Positions 1-8,960 of a DNA stretch of 64,000 nt are shown here, in pieces. The translations under genes and the position numbers were made by a program. The stretch lies in the NCBI GenBank assembly GCA_964016885.1, contig OZ024740.1:279744001-279808000 (forward strand), in the 5' to 3' direction. Within the stretch, counting starts at the first letter, position 1; each line of letters opens with the position of its first letter. This DNA is from Eledone cirrhosa. Lineage: Eukaryota. Under the pieces are notes generated by a model, which saw only the letters and a list, made by a program, of their open reading frames with translations, did no database searches and was not told the DNA's origin.

Positions 1-196
1 TTGCCGGCGGAGTTACCTTTTCGATCGTGGGCCGGCCGCCTATGGTCGGATCGATCTGTAATTACTGGTCCATATGCAGACACACGTTTGCTGTGTGTGG
101 TGTGATTTTCAAGAAAAGCTGCCCATGCTAAATGAGGAAGCTGAAGTCCACCAGCGAATGGTGTGCTTCGAAGAAACGAATCACAAAAATGCGAAT
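1..196 (+). repeat. Representative 196-bp monomer
   Basis: 96/196 G+C and 13 CpG by hand count. Contains palindromes CGATCG, GGCCGGCC, GATCGATC, GTAATTAC and CTTCGAAG. Confidence 0.97.
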
Positions 197-250
197 TTGC
201 CGGCGAAGTTACCTTTTTCTCGATCGTGGGCCGGCGGCCCGTGGTCGCAT

Positions 251-418
251 CGATCTGTACTTACTGGGACTTGTGTAGACACTCATTGGCTATGTGTGGC
301 GTGAATTTCAGCAAGATATCTCCGTAAAATCAATAGTTGTGGCTGTGTAACCAAACCGTGTTAAACGTCAACAAAGTTGTTGAGCGTAAGTTTGTTTACA
401 TTGAACTCGTGGTGGAAT
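251..418 (+). repeat. Representative 168-bp variant monomer carrying the 97-bp alternative segment (311-407)
   Basis: The anchor CGATCTGTA occurs at 251 and again at 419 (168 bp). Between them, GCAAGATATCTCC...TTTACATTGAACT replaces the standard AAGAAAAGCT...GGCCGCC part. Confidence 0.95.
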
Positions 419-3400
419 CGATCTGTAATTACTGGTAGATGTGCAGACACACATTGGTCGTGTGTGGTGTGATTTTCAAAAAAAACTGCCCATGCTAAAT
501 TAGGCAGCTGAAGTCTACCAGCGAATGGTGTGCTTCGAAGAAAACGAATCACAAAAATGACGATTTGCCGGCGGAGTTACATTTTCGATCGTGGGCCGGC
601 CGTCCGTGGTCGGATCGATCTGTAATTACTGGTACCTGTGCAGACATACATTTGCTGTGTGTGGTGTGATTTTCAAGAAAAGCTGCCCATGATAAATGAG
701 GAAGCTGAAGTCCGGCGGCGAATGGTGTGCTTCGAAGAAAACGAATCACAAAAATGACTATTTGCCGGCGGAGTTACCTTTTCGATCGTGGGCCGGCCAC
801 CCGTGGTCGGATCGATCTGTAATTACTGGTTCATATGCAGACACACGTTTTCTGTGGGTGGTGTGATTTTCAAGAAAAGCTGCCCATGCTAAATGAGGAA
901 GCTGAAGTCCATCAGCGAATGGTGTGCTTCGAAGAAACGAATCACAAAAATGCGAATTTGCCGGCGGAGTTACCTTTTCGATCGTCGGCCGGCCGCCTAT
1001 GGTCGGATCGATCTGTAATTACTGGTCCATATGCAGACACACGTTTGCTGTGTGTGGTGTGATTTTCAAGAAAAGCTGCCCATGCTAAATGAGGAAGCTG
1101 AAGTCCGGCGGCGAATTGTGTGCTTCGAAGAAAACGAATCACAAAAATGACTATTTGCCGGCGGAGTTACATTTTTCTCGATCTTGGGCCGGCCGCCCGT
1201 GGTCGGATCGATCTGTAATTACTGGTATATGTGCAGACACTCATTGGCTGTGTGTGGTGTGATTTTCAAGAAAAGCTTCCCATGCTAAATGAGGAAGCTG
1301 AAGTCCACCAGCGAATGGTGTGTTTCGAAGAAACGAATCACAAAAATGCGAATTTGCCGACGGAGTTACCTTTTCGATCGTGGGCCGGCCGCCCGTGGTA
1401 GGATCGATCTGTAATTACTGGTACATGTGCAGACACTCATTGGCTGTGTGTGGTGTGATTTTCAAGAAAAGCTGCCCATGCTAAATGCGGAAGCTGAAGT
1501 CCGGCGGCGAATGGTGTGCTTCGAAGAAAACGAATCACAAAAATGACTATTTGCCGGCGGAGTTACCTTTTCGATGGTGGGCCGGCCGCCCGTGGTCGGA
1601 TAGATCTGTAATTACTGTTCTATGTGCAGACACTCATTGGCTGTGTGTGGTGTGATTTTCAAGAAAAGCTGCCCATATTAAATGCGGAAGCTGAAGTCCA
1701 CCAGCGAATGGTGTGCTTCGAAGAAACGAATCACAAAAATGCGAATTTGCCGGCGGAGTTACCTTTTCGATGGTGGGCCGGCCGCCCGTGGTCGGATCGA
1801 TCTGTACTTACTGGTATATGTGCAGACATACATTTGCTGTGTGTGGTGTGATTTTCAAGAAAAGCTGCCCATGATAAATGAGGAAGCTGAAGTCCGGCGG
1901 CGAATGGTGTGCTTCGAAGAAAACGAATCACAAAAATGACTATTTGCCGGCGGAGTTACCTTTTCGATCGTCGGCCGGCCGCCTATGGTCGGATCGATCT
2001 GTAATTACTGGTCCATATGCAGACACACGTTTGCTGTGTGTGGTGTGATTTTCAAGAAAAGCTGCCCATGCTAAATGAGGAAGCTGAAGTCCACCAGCGA
2101 ATGGTGTGCTTCGAAGAAACGAATCACAAAAATGCGAATTTGCCGGCGGAGTTACCTTTTCGATTGTGGGCCGGCCGCCCGTGGTCGGATCGATCTGTAA
2201 TTACTGGTATATGTGCAGACATACATTTGCTGTGTGTGGTGTGATTTTCAAGAAAAACTGCCCATGCTAAATGAGGAAGCTGAAGTCCGGCGGCGAATTG
2301 TGTGCTTCGAAGAAAACGAATCACAAAAATGACTATTTGCCGGCGGAGTTACATTTTTCTCGATCTTGGGCCGGCCGCCCGTGGTCGGATCGATCTGTAA
2401 TTACTGGTATATGTGCAGACACTCATTGGCTGTGTGTGGTGTGATTTTCAAGAAAAGCTTCCCATGCTAAATGAGGAAGCTGAAGTCCACCAGCGAATGG
2501 TGTGTTTCGAAGAAACGAATCACAAAAATGCGAATTTGCCGACGGAGTTACCTTTTCGATCGTGGGCCGGCCGCCCGTGGTAGGATCAATCTGTAATTAC
2601 TGGTACATGTGCAGACACTCATTGGCTGTGTGTGGTGTGATTTTCAAGAAAAGCTGCCCATGCTAAATGCGGAAGCTGAAGTCCACCAGCGAATGGTGTG
2701 CTTCGAAGAAACGAATCACAAAAATGCGAATTTGCCGGCGGAGTTACCTTTTCGATCGTGGGCCGGTCGCCCGTGGTCGGATCGATCTGTACTTACTGGT
2801 ATATGTGCAGACACTCATTGGCTGTGTGTGGTGTCATTTTCAAGAAAAGCCGCCCATGCTAAATGAGGCAGCTGAAGTCCACCAGCGAATGGTGTGCTTC
2901 GAAGAAACGAATCACAAAAATGCGAATTTGCCGGCGGAGTTACCTTTTCGATCGTGGGCCGGCCGCCTATGGTCGGATCGATCTGTAATTACTGGTCCAT
3001 ATGCAGACACACGTTTGCCGTGTGTGGTGTGATTTTCAAGAAAAGCTGCCCATGCTAAATGAGGAAGCTGAAGTCCACCAGCGAATGGTGTGCTTCGAAG
3101 AAACGAATCACAAAAATGCGAATTTGCCGGCGGAGTTACCTTTTCGATGGTGGGCCGGCCGCCCGTGGGCGGATCGATCTGTACTTACTGGTATATGTGC
3201 AGACACTCATTGGCTGTGTGTGGTGTGATTTTCAAGAAAAGCTGCCCATGCTAAATGAGGCAGCTGAAGTCCACCAGCGAATGGTGTGCTTCGAAGAAAC
3301 GAATCACAAAAATGCGAATTTGCCGGCGGAGTTACCTTATCGATCGTGGGCCGGCCGCCCGTGGTCGGATCGATCTGTACTTACTGGTATATGTGCAGAC

Positions 3401-6400
3401 ACGCATTGGCTGTGTGTGGTGTGATTTTCAAGAAAGGCTGCCCATGCTAAATGAGGCAGCTGAAGTCCACCAGCGAATGGTGTGCTTCGAAGAAACGAAT
3501 CACAAAAATGCGAATTTGCCGGCGGAGTTACCTTTTCGATCGTGGGCCGGCCGCCTATGGTCGGATCGATCTGTAATTACTGGTCCATATGCAGACACAC
3601 GTTTGCTGTGTGTGGTGTGATTTTCAAGAAAAGCTGCCCATGCTAAATGAGGAAGCTGAAGTCCACCAGCGAATGGTGTGCTTCGAAGAAACGAATCACA
3701 AAAATGCGAATTTGCCGGCGAAGTTACCTTTTTCTCGATCGTGGGCCGGCGGCCCGTGGTCGCATCGATCTGTACTTACTGGGACTTGTGTAGACACTCA
3801 TTGGCTATGTGTGGCGTGAATTTCAGCAAGATATCTCCGTAAAATCAATAGTTGTGGCTGTGTAACCAAACCGTGTTAAACGTCAACAAAGTTGTTGAGC
3901 GTAAGTTTGTTTACATTGAACTCGTGGTGGAATCGATCTGTAATTACTGGTAGATGTGCAGACACACATTGGTCGTGTGTGGTGTGATTTTCAAAAAAAA
4001 CTGCCCATGCTAAATTAGGCAGCTGAAGTCTACCAGCGAATGGTGTGCTTCGAAGAAAACGAATCACAAAAATGACGATTTGCCGGCGGAGTTACATTTT
4101 CGATCGTGGGCCGGCCGTCCGTGGTCGGATCGATCTGTAATTACTGGTACCTGTGCAGACATACATTTGCTGTGTGTGGTGTGATTTTCAAGAAAAGCTG
4201 CCCATGATAAATGAGGAAGCTGAAGTCCGGCGGCGAATGGTGTGCTTCGAAGAAAACGAATCACAAAAATGACTATTTGCCGGCGGAGTTACCTTTTCGA
4301 TCGTGGGCCGGCCACCCGTGGTCGGATCGATCTGTAATTACTGGTTCATATGCAGACACACGTTTTCTGTGGGTGGTGTGATTTTCAAGAAAAGCTGCCC
4401 ATGCTAAATGAGGAAGCTGAAGTCCATCAGCGAATGGTGTGCTTCGAAGAAACGAATCACAAAAATGCGAATTTGCCGGCGGAGTTACCTTTTCGATCGT
4501 CGGCCGGCCGCCTATGGTCGGATCGATCTGTAATTACTGGTCCATATGCAGACACACGTTTGCTGTGTGTGGTGTGATTTTCAAGAAAAGCTGCCCATGC
4601 TAAATGAGGAAGCTGAAGTCCACCAGCGAATGGTGTGCTTCGAAGAAACGAATCACAAAAATGCGAATTTGCCGGCGGAGTTACCTTTTCGATTGTGGGC
4701 CGGCCGCCCGTGGTCGGATCGATCTGTAATTACTGGTATATGTGCAGACATACATTTGCTGTGTGTGGTGTGATTTTCAAGAAAAACTGCCCATGCTAAA
4801 TGAGGAAGCTGAAGTCCGGCGGCGAATTGTGTGCTTCGAAGAAAACGAATCACAAAAATGACTATTTGCCGGCGGAGTTACATTTTTCTCGATCTTGGGC
4901 CGGCCGCCCGTGGTCGGATCGATCTGTAATTACTGGTATATGTGCAGACACTCATTGGCTGTGTGTGGTGTGATTTTCAAGAAAAGCTTCCCATGCTAAA
5001 TGAGGAAGCTGAAGTCCACCAGCGAATGGTGTGTTTCGAAGAAACGAATCACAAAAATGCGAATTTGCCGACGGAGTTACCTTTTCGATCGTGGGCCGGC
5101 CGCCCGTGGTAGGATCGATCTGTAATTACTGGTACATGTGCAGACACTCATTGGCTGTGTGTGGTGTGATTTTCAAGAAAAGCTGCCCATGCTAAATGCG
5201 GAAGCTGAAGTCCGGCGGCGAATGGTGTGCTTCGAAGAAAACGAATCACAAAAATGACTATTTGCCGGCGGAGTTACCTTTTCGATGGTGGGCCGGCCGC
5301 CCGTGGTCGGATAGATCTGTAATTACTGTTCTATGTGCAGACACTCATTGGCTGTGTGTGGTGTGATTTTCAAGAAAAGCTGCCCATATTAAATGCGGAA
5401 GCTGAAGTCCACCAGCGAATGGTGTGCTTCGAAGAAACGAATCACAAAAATGCGAATTTGCCGGCGGAGTTACCTTTTCGATGGTGGGCCGGCCGCCCGT
5501 GGTCGGATCGATCTGTACTTACTGGTATATGTGCAGACACTCATTGGCTGTGTGTGGTGTGATTTTCAAGAAAAGCTGCCCATGCTAAATGAGGCAGCTG
5601 AAGTCCACCAGCGAATGGTGTGCTTCGAAGAAACGAATCACAAAAATGCGAATTTGCCGGCGGAGTTACCTTTTCGATCGTGGGCCGGCCGCCAATGGTC
5701 GGATCGATCTGTAATTACTGGTCCATATGCAGACACACGTTTGCTGTGTGTGGTGTGATTTTCAAGAAAAGCTGCCCATGCTAAATGAGGAAGCTGAAGT
5801 CCACCAGCGAATGGTGTGCTTCGAAGAAACGAATCACAAAAATGCGAATTTGCCGGCGGAGTTACCTTTTTCTCGATCGTGGGCCGGCGGCCCGTGGTCG
5901 CATCGATCTGTACTTACTGGGACTTGTGTAGACACTCATTGGCTATGTGTGGCGTGAATTTCAGCAAGATATCTCCGTAAAATCAATAGTTGTGGCTGTG
6001 TAACCAAACCGTGTTAAACGTCAACAAAGTTGTTGAGCGTAAGTTTGTTTACATTGAACTCGTGGTGGAATCGATCTGTAATTACTGGTACATGTGCAGA
6101 CACACATTGGTCGTGTGTGGTGTGATTTTCAAAAAAAACTGCCCATGCTAAATTAGGCAGCTGAAGTCTACCAGCGAATGGTGTGCTTCGAAGAAAACGA
6201 ATCACAAAAATGACGATTTGCCGGCGGAGTTACATTTTCGATCGTGGGCCGGCCGCCCGAGGTCGGATCGATCTGTAATTACTGGTACCTGTGCAGACAT
6301 ACATTTGCTGTGTGTGGTGTGATTTTCAAGAAAAGCTGCCCATGCTAAATGAGGAAGCTGAAGTCCACCAGCGAATGGTGTGCTTCGAAGAAACGAATCA

Positions 6401-6579
6401 CAAAAATGCGAATTTGCCGGCGGAGTTACCTTTTCGATCGTCGGCCGGCCGCCTATGGTCGGATCGATCTGTAATTACTGGTCCATATGCAGACACACGT
6501 TTGCTGTGTGTGGTGTGATTTTCAAGAAAAGCTGCCCATGCTAAATGAGGAAGCTGAAGTCCACCAGCGAATGGTGTGC

Positions 6580-8960
6580 TTCGAAGAAACGAATCACAAA
6601 AATGCGAATTTGCCGGCGGAGTTACCTTTTCGATCGTGGGCCGGCCGCCTATGGTCGGACCGATCTGTAATTACTGGTCCATGTGCAGACACACATTTGC
6701 TGTGTGTGGTGTGATTTTCAAAAAAAGCTGCTCATGCTAAATGCGGAAGCTGAAGTCCACCAGCGAATGGTGTGCTTCGAAGAAACGAATCACAAAAATG
6801 CGAATTTGCCGGCGGAGTTACCTTTTTCTCGATCGTGGGCCGGCCGCCCGTGGTCGCATCGATCTGTACTTACTGGGACTTGTGTAGACACTCATTGGCT
6901 ATGTGTGGCGTGAATTTCAGCAAGATATCTCCGTAAAATCAATAGTTGTGGCTGTGTAACCAAACCGTGTTAAACGTCAACAAAGTTGTTGAGCGTAAGT
7001 TTGTTTACATTGAACTCGTGGTGGAATCGATCTGTAATTACTGGTACATGTGCAGACACACATTGGTCGTGTGTGGTGTGATTTTCAAAAAAAACTGCCC
7101 ATGCTAAATTAGGCAGCTGAAGTCTACCAGCGAATGGTGTGCTTCGAAGAAAACGAATCACAAAAATGACGATTTGCCGGCGGAGTTACATTTTCGATCG
7201 TGGGCCGGCCGCCCGTGGTCGGATCGATCTGTAATTACTGGTCCATATGCAGACACACGTTTGCTGTGTGTGGTGTGATTTTCAAGAAAAGCTGCCCATG
7301 CTAAATGAGGAAGCTGAAGTCCACCAGCGAATGGTGTGCTTCGAAGAAACGAATCACAAAAATGCGAATTTGCCGGCGGAGTTACCTTTTCGATGGTGGG
7401 CCGGCCGCCCGTGGTCGGATCGATCTGTACTTACTGGTGTATGTGCAGACACTCATTGGCTGTGTGTGGTGTGATTTTCAAGAAAAGCTGCCCATGCTAA
7501 ATGAGGCAGCTGAAGTCCACCAGCGAATGGTGTGCTTCGAAGAAACGAATCACAAAAATGCGAATTTGCCGGCGGAGTTACCTTATCGATCGTGGGCCGG
7601 CCGCCCGTGGTCGGATCGATCTGTACTTACTGGTATATGTGCAGACACGCATTGGCTGTGTGTGGTGTGATTTTCAAGAAAGGCTGCCCATGCTAAATGA
7701 GGCAGCTGAAGTCCACCAGCGAATGGTGTGCTTCGAAGAAACGAATCACAAAAATGCGAATTTGCCGGCGGAGTTACCTTTTCGATCGTGGGCCGGCCGC
7801 CTATGGTCGGACCGATCTGTAATTACTGGTCCATGTGCAGACACACATTTGCTGTGTGTGGTGTGATTTTCAAAAAAAGCTGCCCATGCTAAATGCGGAA
7901 GCTGAAGTCCACCAGCGAATGGTGTGCTTCGAAGAAACGAATCACAAAAATGCGAATTTGCCGGCGGAGTTACCTTTTTCTCGATCGTGGGCCGGCCGCC
8001 CGTGGTCGCATCGATCTGTACTTACTGGGACTTGTGTAGACACTCATTGGCTATGTGTGGCGTGAATTTCAGCAAGATATCTCCGTAAAATCAATAGTTG
8101 TGGCTGTGTAACCAAACCGTGTTAAACGTCAACAAAGTTGTTGAGCGTAAGTTTGTTTACATTGAACTCGTGGTGGAATCGATCTGTAATTACTGGTACA
8201 TGTGCAGACACACATTGGTCGTGTGTGGTGTGATTTTCAAAAAAAACTGCCCATGCTAAATTAGGCAGCTGAAGTCTACCAGCGAATGGTGTGCTTCGAA
8301 GAAAACGAATCACAAAAATGACGATTTGCCGGCGGAGTTACATTTTCGATCGTGGGCCGGCCGCCCGTGGTCGGATCGATCTGTAATTACTGGTCCATAT
8401 GCAGACACACGTTTGCTGTGTGTGGTGTGATTTTCAAGAAAAGCTGCCCATGCTAAATGAGGAAGCTGAAGTCCACCAGCGAATGGTGTGCTTCGAAGAA
8501 ACGAATCACAAAAATGCGAATTTGCCGGCGGAGTTACCTTTTCGATGGTGGGCCGGCCGCCCGTGGTCGGATCGATCTGTACTTACTGGTGTATGTGCAG
8601 ACACTCATTGGCTGTGTGTGGTGTGATTTTCAAGAAAAGCTGCCCATGCTAAATGAGGCAGCTGAAGTCCACCAGCGAATGGTGTGCTTCGAAGAAACGA
8701 ATCACAAAAATGCGAATTTGCCGGCGGAGTTACCTTATCGATCGTGGGCCGGCCGCCCGTGGTCGGATCGATCTGTACTTACTGGTATATGTGCAGACAC
8801 GCATTGGCTGTGTGTGGTGTGATTTTCAAGAAAGGCTGCCCATGCTAAATGAGGCAGCTGAAGTCCACCAGCGAATGGTGTGCTTCGAAGAAACGAATCA
8901 CAAAAATGCGAATTTGCCGGCGGAGTTACCTTTTCGATCGTGGGCCGGCCGCCTATGGTC
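6580..8960. repeat. 1152-bp (6-monomer) higher-order repeat, about 2 copies
   Basis: Offsets 6683/7835, 6970/8122, 7247/8399 and 7501/8653 are all 1152. Shared markers GGACCGATC and ACTGGTGTATG. Confidence 0.85.

Noticed and set aside
91-104. TGTGTGTGGTGTG as a telomere-like or microsatellite tract
   Set aside because: It is only about 13 bp and a fixed part of the monomer, with no expansion in any copy I examined.
1-196. Identity with a known satellite of similar length (e.g. Trypanosoma cruzi 195-bp satellite, primate 171-bp alpha satellite)
   Set aside because: The lengths are similar, but I recognise no sequence match from memory. A database search is needed to name the family.
1-196. 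Tandem 5S rRNA, tRNA, snRNA or spliced-leader gene array
   Set aside because: I see no recognisable 5S or tRNA sequence, no convincing Pol III A/B/C boxes and no known spliced-leader sequence. An Rfam scan would be the decisive test.
311-407. 97-bp segment as a MITE or transposon insertion
   Set aside because: It has no terminal inverted repeats at its ends and no target-site duplication. It replaces about 125 bp rather than adding sequence, and the identical register in all copies points to one origin followed by amplification.
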